Source of the DNA: a virus
Lineage: Duplodnaviria > Heunggongvirae > Uroviricota > Caudoviricetes
IMG/VR virus record: IMGVR_UViG_3300046820_000635
Reading direction: 5' to 3' (one strand)
Length of the DNA: 28,687 bases
Translations under genes and position numbers: made by a program
Shown here: piece after piece, positions 15,837 through 23,620 of the stretch
How positions within the stretch are numbered: position 1 is the first letter of the stretch
Layout: each line of letters starts with the position of its first letter
The notes under the pieces: generated by a model
Told to the model about the DNA's origin: nothing
The model's database searches: none
The model's input: the letters and a program-made list of their open reading frames with translations, nothing else

Positions 15837-16541
15837 ATGAATACAATATTAGCAACTCTAGTAATGACGCACATTACTATTATCTGCGTGACCCTGTTTT
15901 TACATAGATCACAAACACATAAAGGTGTGACCTTTCACCCAATAGTCAATCACTTTTTTAGATTATGGTTATGGCTCACAACAGGTATGGTTACCAAACA
16001 ATGGGTAGCAATACATCGTAAGCATCATAGGTACAGTGATAATCCCGGTGATCCTCACAGTCCTAGCGTCTACGGAATATTTAGAGTCCTGTTCAAAGGG
16101 GCAGGTTTGTATCACGCTGCCAGCAAAGACACTGAGATGATAAAACAGTACGGAGTAGGTACTCCGGACGATTGGCTAGAGCGCCGAGTTTATACTCCAC
16201 ATAGTCGGTTAGGGATCATAATCATGTTGATCATAGACCTTGTTCTTTTTGGCCCGATAGGTTTAATAGTGTGGGGTATACAAATGTTATGGATACCCTT
16301 TTGGGCAGCAGGAGTAATAAATGGAGTCGGACACTGGACAGGTTATATTAATGGTAATTCAAAAGATAATAGTCGCAATATTAGTCCTATTGGTATTATT
16401 ATTGGTGGCGAAGAACTTCATAACAATCATCACTTAGATCCTGCAAGTCCTAAGTTAAGCAGACGTTGGTTTGAGTTTGACATTGGCTGGTTCTATATTA
16501 AACTTCTAGAACGATTTAAGTTAGCAACTATTCGACCATAA
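15837..16541 (+). CDS. Membrane fatty-acid (acyl-CoA delta-9-like) desaturase, 234 aa
   Basis: Three His boxes HRSQTH, HRKHH and HNNHH, plus GEELHNNHH and WFEFDIGW. Start re-called at ATG 15837. Confidence 0.92.
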   Translation: MNTILATLVMTHITIICVTLFLHRSQTHKGVTFHPIVNHFFRLWLWLTTGMVTKQWVAIHRKHHRYSDNPGDPHSPSVYGIFRVLFKGAGLYHAASKDTEMIKQYGVGTPDDWLERRVYTPHSRLGIIIMLIIDLVLFGPIGLIVWGIQMLWIPFWAAGVINGVGHWTGYINGNSKDNSRNISPIGIIIGGEELHNNHHLDPASPKLSRRWFEFDIGWFYIKLLERFKLATIRP

Positions 16542-16566
16542 AAAAGGACTCCGGAGAGTCCTTTTT
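16541..16566. terminator. Bidirectional intrinsic terminator
   Basis: AAAAAGGACTC-CGGA-GAGTCCTTTTT. Confidence 0.92.
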
Positions 16567-16629
16567 ACTTTACTATAATATTTGAGCTATGCTCGGATAT
16601 ATTTGCATCATCCCTTACGGGAGCGAGTA

Positions 16630-16896
16630 TTATTTTTTAGCACCAGTGTTAACAAATGCATACATCTTCTCAGCAGATTCCAAGATCTTATCCATGCCTG
16701 GAAATTCTGGCATACCTACTTGAGTAACGATCTGCCCAGTCTTTTCATCTTTTGCAGCAGACATCTGCCATCCTGCAAACTTGACTTGGTAGTCTTGCAT
16801 AACAACATCCTTGGCCATAGCTAGAATGTCTGTACGGATTTCGTATCCGTTCTTGTTAAATTTAACTTCTGGTAGTTTCATTTCTGGTTGTGTCAT
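16630..16896 (-). CDS. Conserved phage hypothetical protein (88 aa)
   Basis: ORF track; AGGA SD; NKNGYEIRTDILAMAK motif. Confidence 0.8.
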   Translation of the reverse strand: MTQPEMKLPEVKFNKNGYEIRTDILAMAKDVVMQDYQVKFAGWQMSAAKDEKTGQIVTQVGMPEFPGMDKILESAEKMYAFVNTGAKK

Positions 16897-16917
16897 GATA
16901 TTAAATCCTGTGTGTGT

Positions 16918-17142
16918 TTATTTTGTATAAGCAGGTACACATGCTTTGAATGTGTCAGTTGCTTGCTTAGTAAGTGCTTGAGCAATAGCTAGACTTGCTT
17001 CGACAGATGTCTTGGCAGCGGCTGCTTGAGCATCGATAAGTTTGTTTAGTTCTTCTTTGAACTTAGCGTCGGTAACAAATGTGTTAACGAGTTGCTTTTT
17101 TGCACCTTGAACGGTGTCGATGATTGTGTTGTGTGTAAACAT
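16918..17142 (-). CDS. Phasin-like amphipathic helical protein (74 aa)
   Basis: AAGGAG SD; Ala/Thr/Lys-rich all-helical sequence resembling PHA-granule phasins. Function inferred. Confidence 0.55.
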   Translation of the reverse strand: MFTHNTIIDTVQGAKKQLVNTFVTDAKFKEELNKLIDAQAAAAKTSVEASLAIAQALTKQATDTFKACVPAYTK

Positions 17143-17213
17143 ATTTTTCTCCTTGTGTGTATGTGTTACGATCTACTGCACCTTTGCAGCTGATGTATTA
17201 GTATATATCTTTA

Positions 17214-17786
17214 TTATTTAAATAGCAACGGATATGTGAGCATTCTGGCAAACCTTCTTTGAAGTTTTCCTAGATGATCTATCTTTGCCATGTTACTTTC
17301 AACAACTTCGTGTATGACACTAGACGCAGTAGCATCTGGAATCTTAATGTCCGCAAGTGTTTCACCACCTTCGTTGATCAGTATGCCGTGCTTGCTGGCC
17401 AGCTTCTTAATGGCTGTGTTAGAGGTCAAGCATACCATACAGCCGCCTTTGATGTTGCGGTTTTGACACCATTCAACACAGCGACTCATTAAGCTACTGC
17501 CCATGCCCTGCTTTCTATAAGGCGTTAGTACACTAAATGCCAGTTCAGTTTCTCCGCCCACTAGACTGATATGCCCGGCGGCAACAACTTCTAGTTCTTC
17601 GTTTTCGATTACAAAGATCTTGTGTTCTTTAGGATTGTTTTCAAATGTAGTACAGAGCTGCTCGATAACCTCGTCTTTGACATGAAAGCCAAAGCGAGTG
17701 TATCTGCTTTCTTCGTCTAAGGCCAACAGATGCTTGCGGTACCTTGGGTACTCGTGAGGCTGTAGGCGATATACTAAGTGAGACAT
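17214..17786 (-). CDS. GNAT-family N-acetyltransferase
   Basis: ELAFSVLTPYRKQGMGSSLM (acetyl-CoA motif A) and NTAIKKLASKHG. Confidence 0.88.
   Translation of the reverse strand: MSHLVYRLQPHEYPRYRKHLLALDEESRYTRFGFHVKDEVIEQLCTTFENNPKEHKIFVIENEELEVVAAGHISLVGGETELAFSVLTPYRKQGMGSSLMSRCVEWCQNRNIKGGCMVCLTSNTAIKKLASKHGILINEGGETLADIKIPDATASSVIHEVVESNMAKIDHLGKLQRRFARMLTYPLLFK
17215..17220 (-). promoter_or_regulatory. TAAATA box upstream of the phasin-like gene
   Basis: Overlaps the GNAT stop region. Confidence 0.55.
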
Positions 17787-17787
17787 T

Positions 17788-17910
17788 TTACTTGCCTGTC
17801 ATTATGTGTTTAGCTGATTCGTAGTCGCCCATGCGAGCCAATGCGCTGGCCGCTTTAGCTTTACCCATCGATACGAAGAACTCGTATAGTACGTTCATGA
17901 TTGTTTTCAT
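17788..17910 (-). CDS. Small protein, 40 aa (MKTIMNVLYEFFVSMGKAKAASALARMGDYESAKHIMTGK), absent from the ORF track
   Basis: ATGA overlap with the upstream ORF; its TAA ends 1 nt before the GNAT ATG, filling the gap exactly. Confidence 0.8.
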   Translation of the reverse strand: MKTIMNVLYEFFVSMGKAKAASALARMGDYESAKHIMTGK

Positions 17911-18089
17911 AGTGGCCATCCTTTAGTTGTTTGGTTGCGATCAAACTGGCGAGTCCAGTGATCGATTTCTGCTGCGGTAGTTGGGTTTTTGGAAACGATG
18001 TATCGCTCCAGCTCACTACCGTAGGTTGCAGGTTTTTCTACCTGTTTGAGTTGCCTAGTAATATAGGCTATCATCGAGTTTAGTAACAT
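17907..18089 (-). CDS. Small hypothetical protein, DUF3563-like (60 aa)
   Basis: AAGGA SD; ELERYIVSKNPTTAAEIDHWTRQFD. The family resemblance is from memory only. Confidence 0.7.
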   Translation of the reverse strand: MLLNSMIAYITRQLKQVEKPATYGSELERYIVSKNPTTAAEIDHWTRQFDRNQTTKGWPL

Positions 18090-18134
18090 TGTGTGTCCTT
18101 AATCTGTTAGTAGAGACTCATGGTTTCTACTGAG

Positions 18135-18140
18135 TATTTA
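18135..18140 (-). promoter_or_regulatory. TAAATA box for the small-protein/GNAT operon
   Basis: Intergenic and oriented toward ORF 18089. Confidence 0.65.
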
Positions 18141-18224
18141 TTCCAGTATATGCTGCAACCGCACAAAAGTAAAGCCATTGATTTCACCAAAAAAATACTG
18201 TAAAATAAAACGAATAGATTGGAT

Positions 18225-18230
18225 TAAATA
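18225..18230 (+). promoter_or_regulatory. TAAATA box heading the plus-strand virion block
   Basis: 21 nt upstream of ATG 18252. Confidence 0.65.
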
Positions 18231-18251
18231 CACTATCACGCTAGGATAAAA

Positions 18252-18545
18252 ATGAAACTTAAAACTAGATCCATTTTGCAAGAGCTGAATGAAATCGCAG
18301 AAGTGCGCAATACCGACTCGCTCGTAGAAAGCAGAGCAGTTAACATCATCAACTCTGCAATAAACCTCATCGAAAGCATTCACAAGCATTACGGTCCGGA
18401 GCAGGCAGATGAGCTCGAGCGCAGATTGATCAATGCTATCAAAGGATCAGATCCAGCGAAGTTTACTAGGGGTGTACGCAAAATCGCCGAGTCCCGCAAA
18501 GAAAAACGTAGATTAGACGAATCAAATGAAGACAAAACTACTTGA
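18252..18545 (+). CDS. Conserved phage hypothetical protein (97 aa)
   Basis: ORF track; helical; AGGA SD. Confidence 0.8.
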   Translation: MKLKTRSILQELNEIAEVRNTDSLVESRAVNIINSAINLIESIHKHYGPEQADELERRLINAIKGSDPAKFTRGVRKIAESRKEKRRLDESNEDKTT

Positions 18546-19296
18546 AGGCGGCGGCGTATTTAAAGACGATGCAGGCAGCATACTTACACTAAGCATCAGC
18601 AAGGCTGATGTTTTACCTACAGTCCAATGGTTGGAAACTGTTACAGGACTAGAACTAACAGACTACATGCTAGGTACTACAGGCAAGAAAGAAATGTCTG
18701 GTGATTTGGACCTAGCTATCGATTCCAATAAAGTAAGCAAGGATGAGTTTGTAACAAACCTATCTGCTTACATTACCAAGAAAGGTGGAAATCCTAAGGA
18801 TTGGATCCGCAAGAGTGGCATCAGCGTTCACTTTAAGACTCCCATCAAAGGAGACGAGGACAACGGCTATGTACAAGCAGACTTTATGTTTGGAGAGCCT
18901 AACTGGTTAAAATGGTCAATGACAGGCGGCAGAGAAGGCAGCGATCTAAAAGGTAGCCATAGACACATCATCCTAGCCAGCATTGCTAAAACTAAAGGAC
19001 TCAAGTGGAGTTTTCAAAACGGGTTAGTCAACAGAGAAACTAACGACGTTATTACAAAAGATCCAAACGAAATAGCCAAAAAACTATTAGGTCTTTCAGC
19101 TACTTCTAAGAACATTGAAGATCCCGAAGCAATCATTGATTATATTATTAAGCTGCCTAACTATGAAGAGCTAGTAGCTGATGCTAGAAGTACACTGTCC
19201 AAAGACGGAGTTGAACTGCCAACAGCAAACAAACTAGAGAGCTATACACCGGGAACAAATGCTTGGTTCCGTAAGATGATTGAAGTGGTGAAATGA
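18526..19296 (+). CDS. Pol-beta-superfamily nucleotidyltransferase-like protein
   Basis: LGTTGKKEMSGDLDLAID fits hG[S/T]x(9)DhD, with a third acidic residue in VQADFMF. Confidence 0.65.
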   Translation: MKTKLLEGGGVFKDDAGSILTLSISKADVLPTVQWLETVTGLELTDYMLGTTGKKEMSGDLDLAIDSNKVSKDEFVTNLSAYITKKGGNPKDWIRKSGISVHFKTPIKGDEDNGYVQADFMFGEPNWLKWSMTGGREGSDLKGSHRHIILASIAKTKGLKWSFQNGLVNRETNDVITKDPNEIAKKLLGLSATSKNIEDPEAIIDYIIKLPNYEELVADARSTLSKDGVELPTANKLESYTPGTNAWFRKMIEVVK

Positions 19297-20483
19297 GAGC
19301 ATTTGAAATCGTAACTGAGAAGTGGAGCAAAAAGTACAAAAGCTCAATCAACTGCTCAAACCCTAAAGGCTTTAGTCAGAAAGCTCATTGTGCTGGGCGT
19401 AAGAAAACCAACGAAGATGTAGCCGCTCCTAAGAAAGTAGGGCGTGAGTTCAATCATCTTGAAGACCTAGTGTTCACAGAGCAGAACGGTGCTGCTCGTG
19501 CTGTTAAACTGCTGATGAGTATGTCTCAAGACGCTAGGGACATTACGGTCAAGTGGGATGGGAGTCCTACGGTCTATTGGGGACGAGAGCCCAACGGACA
19601 GTTTCGAATGGTAGGGAAGAATAACTGGGGTCGTGAGGAAGGAGCTAGCAATAGTCCTAAAGAATTAGAAGACTTTATCAACAGCAGAGGCAAGGGCGAA
19701 GAGTGGCGCCCTAAGTTTGCCAGTGATATGGCTGCTATGTGGCCTATCTTTGAAGCAGCAACTCCTGAAAAGTTTAGAGGATATGTCTACGGAGATATCT
19801 TGTTTCATCCTGGTAAGCCTTACGAGGGTGCTGATGGACGCATTACTTTTACTCCTAATCAAACTACCTACAGTGTTAGGGGTGTAAGCGATTACGGTAG
19901 ATTAATTGCCGGCAAGAAAGTTGCTGTAGTTGCACACAAGAAACTAGAATACTTTGGCGACAAAGAAGGCGAACCGATAGAAGATGTTACTGAGTTCCGC
20001 GGCGCTGATCTTGTAGTATTTGGACAGACCTATGTCGATCACCGACCGGCTGTGGATGCTGACAATCTAACAAGAATACAGCAGATCATAAACAAAAATG
20101 CTTCAAATATCAATCAGTTTTTAGATCCTGTAGCAGGTATGGGATATCTTAGAGACACGCTTTATACTTTTGTTAACACAAAGAGCAAGGCCAAGCAGTT
20201 AGATGATATCAACACAGAATCTTTCTTCAGTTGGCTAGCTGCAACTCCTGCAAAGTTAAAGAAAATATCAGAACACAACTCTAAGTTTAGCAATATATTA
20301 GACATTGTATTTGAACTGGTAACTGAACTTATGAAAGCCAAAAACGAAGTTATTGCTGAACTAGATCAAGCACAGGGTGATATTGTTGCACATACAGCAG
20401 GGCAACCCGGCGGCGAAGGGTATGTTTATCAAGATGTTAAACTAGTTCCAAGGCATCGTTGGACTCCATTTCGAGCCGATTAA
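19293..20483 (+). CDS. RNA-ligase-like (covalent nucleotidyltransferase) protein
   Basis: Motif I VKWDGSP, motif III YGDIL, motif IV GEGYV, motif V VKLV; no OB-fold C-terminus. Confidence 0.55.
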   Translation: MRAFEIVTEKWSKKYKSSINCSNPKGFSQKAHCAGRKKTNEDVAAPKKVGREFNHLEDLVFTEQNGAARAVKLLMSMSQDARDITVKWDGSPTVYWGREPNGQFRMVGKNNWGREEGASNSPKELEDFINSRGKGEEWRPKFASDMAAMWPIFEAATPEKFRGYVYGDILFHPGKPYEGADGRITFTPNQTTYSVRGVSDYGRLIAGKKVAVVAHKKLEYFGDKEGEPIEDVTEFRGADLVVFGQTYVDHRPAVDADNLTRIQQIINKNASNINQFLDPVAGMGYLRDTLYTFVNTKSKAKQLDDINTESFFSWLAATPAKLKKISEHNSKFSNILDIVFELVTELMKAKNEVIAELDQAQGDIVAHTAGQPGGEGYVYQDVKLVPRHRWTPFRAD

Positions 20484-20513
20484 GACCGTAAATCGCCGAT
20501 TTTTTATCTCCAA

Positions 20514-20521
20514 TATAAATA
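20514..20521 (+). promoter_or_regulatory. TATAAATA (exact T4 late promoter consensus)
   Basis: Followed by a GTCCC/GGGAC leader hairpin and an AAGGAG SD. Confidence 0.8.
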
Positions 20522-20566
20522 CTATGCCGGTCCCGGAGCGGGACTATTGATTAAGGAGAAAATATC

Positions 20567-20989
20567 ATGGCTACATTTACAAGAGTAAACCCAAATCCAA
20601 CTACTACAGTTGACGTATTGTACGATACACTACAACTTCGTGCATTTAGAATCGAAGCACCGGGCGTAGACTTAGAGTCTGGCACAATCGGTGGCAAAAT
20701 GGAGCGTCTAGCTCAAGAGTTCGGTACAACTGGCGCAATCGTTGAGTTCGACGCTGACACAATGCTTATCATTGGTGATGCACACGCACTTAACAGCAAC
20801 ATTGTTGCTCGCCGTGCTGACAAAGTACTAGGTGGTACAGGCGCATTGGTAAACTACATGGCTGAAAACGGTAACCTAGGAACTGTTGGTTCTGGTTCTG
20901 CTGTTGCAGGTACTGTTGCTGCTCCAGTTACAACTGCTATTGTTGAAGTTGGATCTGTAACAACTCTATTCGGTCTATCATCAACCTAA
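20567..20989 (+). CDS. Probable abundant virion structural protein (140 aa)
   Basis: Stand-alone unit with its own late box, strong SD and terminator; Ala/Gly/Thr/Val-rich. Confidence 0.75.
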   Translation: MATFTRVNPNPTTTVDVLYDTLQLRAFRIEAPGVDLESGTIGGKMERLAQEFGTTGAIVEFDADTMLIIGDAHALNSNIVARRADKVLGGTGALVNYMAENGNLGTVGSGSAVAGTVAAPVTTAIVEVGSVTTLFGLSST

Positions 20990-21018
20990 TAGTTAGATTT
21001 CCTCGGGATGGGAAGACT

Positions 21019-21042
21019 AAGCCTACTCCGGTAGGCTTTTTT
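21019..21042 (+). terminator. Intrinsic terminator
   Basis: AAGCCTAC-TCCG-GTAGGCTT followed by TTTT. Confidence 0.88.
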
Positions 21043-21079
21043 ACGGCTGTACCTTATAATATGTAAATATTATCAGGAT

Positions 21080-21484
21080 ATGCAACAGTTCAAAATAATC
21101 ACGCTAGTAGATATCACTAGAACAAACTGCTCAAGAGCAGAAACAGATAAAATAAAAGTTGGTCAACAGGCAAACTTTAACACTCTTCTACAGGCTATTG
21201 GTATACGTAGTAACGTAGAATGGCACGCCGATCCGGAGATGCACACTGGCCGATTACCTAACGGCGACGGCAAGGCTAATCATTGGGTATGGGATTTTTT
21301 TGTTGAGCGTGACTTTGTCTTTACCAAAGATAACAATCCAGTAGGACTACTACTAGAAGACCTCGACGGAGTTCCTATTGTGGCAGATCTCTTAAACAAT
21401 GTGGACATATCTCCGGCAGCATTTCGCACTATAGGCGATCAACAAAACATATGGATAACCATAATATCTAAGCATAATTCTTGA
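21080..21484 (+). CDS. Hypothetical protein (134 aa)
   Basis: TAAATA at 21064-21069 and AGGA SD. Confidence 0.8.
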   Translation: MQQFKIITLVDITRTNCSRAETDKIKVGQQANFNTLLQAIGIRSNVEWHADPEMHTGRLPNGDGKANHWVWDFFVERDFVFTKDNNPVGLLLEDLDGVPIVADLLNNVDISPAAFRTIGDQQNIWITIISKHNS

Positions 21485-21506
21485 CCGATACACATTAAAT
21501 AAGTGT

Positions 21507-21830
21507 ATGAAAGGATTTACAGATTTTAGAGAAAAGACATTAAGACAAATAAGACTGTGGGCCTGGGCCGCGGCGGTACTTCCGATATCAGCACTAGCCG
21601 GCATTTTCTTTGTATGGAGATTTGGAACTGACAACTGGGTTTCAATATCTATGATTATCGGAGAAACGACCATGTTTGCTGTAGCAGTAGTATGGTGGTG
21701 GTGGGCAATGTATACGATGAAAAGATTAGTCAAACAATGGGATGTTACCAAAGAAAGTGTTGTCGAAGTCCTCACTGATTTAAAAGAAATAAAAAATATG
21801 GTTCAGGAAACAACTTCAAGAGATAAATAA
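21507..21830 (+). CDS. Membrane protein, 2 TM plus coiled coil (107 aa)
   Basis: TAAATA (21496-21501)-agtgt-ATG; two hydrophobic helices. Confidence 0.8.
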   Translation: MKGFTDFREKTLRQIRLWAWAAAVLPISALAGIFFVWRFGTDNWVSISMIIGETTMFAVAVVWWWWAMYTMKRLVKQWDVTKESVVEVLTDLKEIKNMVQETTSRDK

Positions 21831-21889
21831 CTCTAGTAAAGGCACTTTAAGGCATAGTATTTGTTTTTATACCCCATTGGAGATTTATT

Positions 21890-22132
21890 ATGTCGACACA
21901 GCCGACCACAAGTTTAGAAAAGCAGAGTTTAGAAGCGCACGTTGATTTATGTGCTCTACGTTATCAGCAGCTAGATACACGCCTTTCTTCGTTAGAAGAT
22001 AAGGTAGCCACTGTACACACTGATATTGTAGAAGGCCAAAAAAGTCTAACCAAAGTTATCATTGGCACAGCAGGAACCGTTATTGCAGGAGTTCTAGCCA
22101 TTGTAGTTACAATCTTAATGAAGATGGGTTGA
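21890..22132 (+). CDS. Coiled-coil protein with a C-terminal TM anchor (XhlA/holin-like architecture), 80 aa
   Basis: TAAATA at 21824-21829, GGAG SD; heptad segment then a hydrophobic tail. Function inferred. Confidence 0.7.
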   Translation: MSTQPTTSLEKQSLEAHVDLCALRYQQLDTRLSSLEDKVATVHTDIVEGQKSLTKVIIGTAGTVIAGVLAIVVTILMKMG

Positions 22133-22150
22133 TTAACTACCCAGTTAAAT

Positions 22151-22173
22151 AAAGGACCTTAGGGTCCTTTTTT
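22151..22173 (+). terminator. Intrinsic terminator overlapped by a TAAATA box (22146-22151)
   Basis: AAAGGACC-TTAG-GGTCCTTT-TTT; the next ATG is at 22175. Confidence 0.8.
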
Positions 22174-22174
22174 A

Positions 22175-22600
22175 ATGACTAGAATTTATCAAACACTGGA
22201 CAGTCTAGTATCCAATGAACTGTCTAAGAATATCATTCCGGTAAAAACTCCGGACGGTATTCTAGTGGGCGATGTTATAATAATCAGCGAAGGAACTATT
22301 AAACATCTTAAACAACGCAATGTCCTAGTCTATAAAGAAATCAGCTTAAATGCAGTGGCCATTTCACTGGCAAATCAGCTGGCATTACACAGAAGAACTG
22401 TGGAAATGGACAAATTATGGGCTGCTGATCAAGAGTACGGCCGCTGGTATATAGACAGCCAGATGCTACGATCGCAGTATCAGCGATCTGTAAATAACAA
22501 AGACTTCGATCGTGCAGATATGTTATGGTCCAGATACTGCGAAAGCCGAGATCGTGCAATGATAGCCAAAACCCATACAGAACGTTTAGTAAGATTCTGA
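22175..22600 (+). CDS. Hypothetical protein (141 aa)
   Basis: ORF track; fits the packing of the block. Confidence 0.8.
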   Translation: MTRIYQTLDSLVSNELSKNIIPVKTPDGILVGDVIIISEGTIKHLKQRNVLVYKEISLNAVAISLANQLALHRRTVEMDKLWAADQEYGRWYIDSQMLRSQYQRSVNNKDFDRADMLWSRYCESRDRAMIAKTHTERLVRF

Positions 22601-22630
22601 ATAAATATTACATCAATCTGGACTCCCAAT

Positions 22631-23620
22631 ATGAAAACAAGTGACCTATTCAAAACTAGCGCAAAACAGCTTAATGAAACTATCGAAAAAACCTTTGGTC
22701 GTAAATTAAATTTAGAAACATTTAACGTTGAGCAGTTAGAAGACGCTAGAAACAAACTACGCACACAAATCCATACAGCTCGTACAGAAAGTAGTTTTAA
22801 CGAAACTATCGAGAATGACACTTTAACACAAGCACAATGGATGCACGATGCTATTGTTGCGGAACTAATGGATCGCAATGAAAATATTGTTGACAATACA
22901 GAAGTTGAAGAAGAGATTGATCAAACAGACGACGAGTTATCAAACGAAAGCGCCCCACCAACAGCCAAAGGTGAGCGCATGGTCAAGCATATTAAGAAAG
23001 GATATGCAGGTGACGGCAAGTTAACAGATAAAGAAAAATCGATTGCTTATGCAACAGCATGGAAGCAACACAACAAAGAAAAAAACGAATCTATCGAAAC
23101 AGGAGAAGATATGACTAGATTACAAGAAGGTGAAATCCAGCAAGCGTCTGCGATTGTCACAGCAAAGACAATGGTTGACAGAGTTGGCCGTTGGATTGAA
23201 GAACTTTCTGGTATGGAGAACGACACTCTATTACAGTTAGGCGATTCTATCCGTGACGAAATGAGTCAACAACAAGCTAAGAGTTTTATTAGCACAGTAG
23301 CTCCAGCTATTCAGCAAGCTCTACAAAACCTAAAAGACACACGCGAAACATTGGCAACTGGAGTTCGTCAACTAACAGGCGAAGAGCAAGGTGCCGAAAT
23401 GCTAGGTGCAGAGCCAGGCATGGGCGGCGAGCCGGATCTAACTGCTGAGCCAGATATGACTGCTGAGCCAGATACAATGAACGCAGGCGAAGGTGATCTA
23501 GCCCCCATTGATGACTTTGCAGCAGCAGAGCCAGCAGTAGGCGGAGCCGAAGCAGCTGGTCGCGAACAACGTGAAAGCATTGATCGCAGCAATCGTTTAT
23601 TAAAAGTTCTAGCAGGATGA
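22631..23620 (+). CDS. Acidic coiled-coil protein, possible prohead core/scaffold-like (329 aa)
   Basis: TAAATA at 22602-22607; Glu-rich with several (L/I/F)xE sites and a low-complexity tail. Confidence 0.7.
   Translation: MKTSDLFKTSAKQLNETIEKTFGRKLNLETFNVEQLEDARNKLRTQIHTARTESSFNETIENDTLTQAQWMHDAIVAELMDRNENIVDNTEVEEEIDQTDDELSNESAPPTAKGERMVKHIKKGYAGDGKLTDKEKSIAYATAWKQHNKEKNESIETGEDMTRLQEGEIQQASAIVTAKTMVDRVGRWIEELSGMENDTLLQLGDSIRDEMSQQQAKSFISTVAPAIQQALQNLKDTRETLATGVRQLTGEEQGAEMLGAEPGMGGEPDLTAEPDMTAEPDTMNAGEGDLAPIDDFAAAEPAVGGAEAAGREQRESIDRSNRLLKVLAG
23429..23479 (+). repeat. Imperfect 18-nt tandem repeat x3 (EPDLTA/EPDMTA/EPDTM)
   Basis: gagccggatctaactgct, gagccagatatgactgct, gagccagatacaatg. 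Confidence 0.85.

Noticed and set aside
16567-16629. Small hairpins (UCCC-GUAA-GGGA, GAGC-AUA-GCUC) and ORF 16582..16824
   Set aside because: The stems are short and lack a ribozyme core (no CUGAUGA/GAAA). The ORF is mostly antisense to a better gene and lacks an SD.
18109-18135. Possible H-type pseudoknot (ACUCA/UGAGU with GUAGA/UCUAC) in the leader of ORF 18089
   Set aside because: Loops of 0 and 1 nt are sterically implausible, and the first stem overlaps the TAAATA box, so it would be mostly absent from the transcript. A simple 5' hairpin is more likely.
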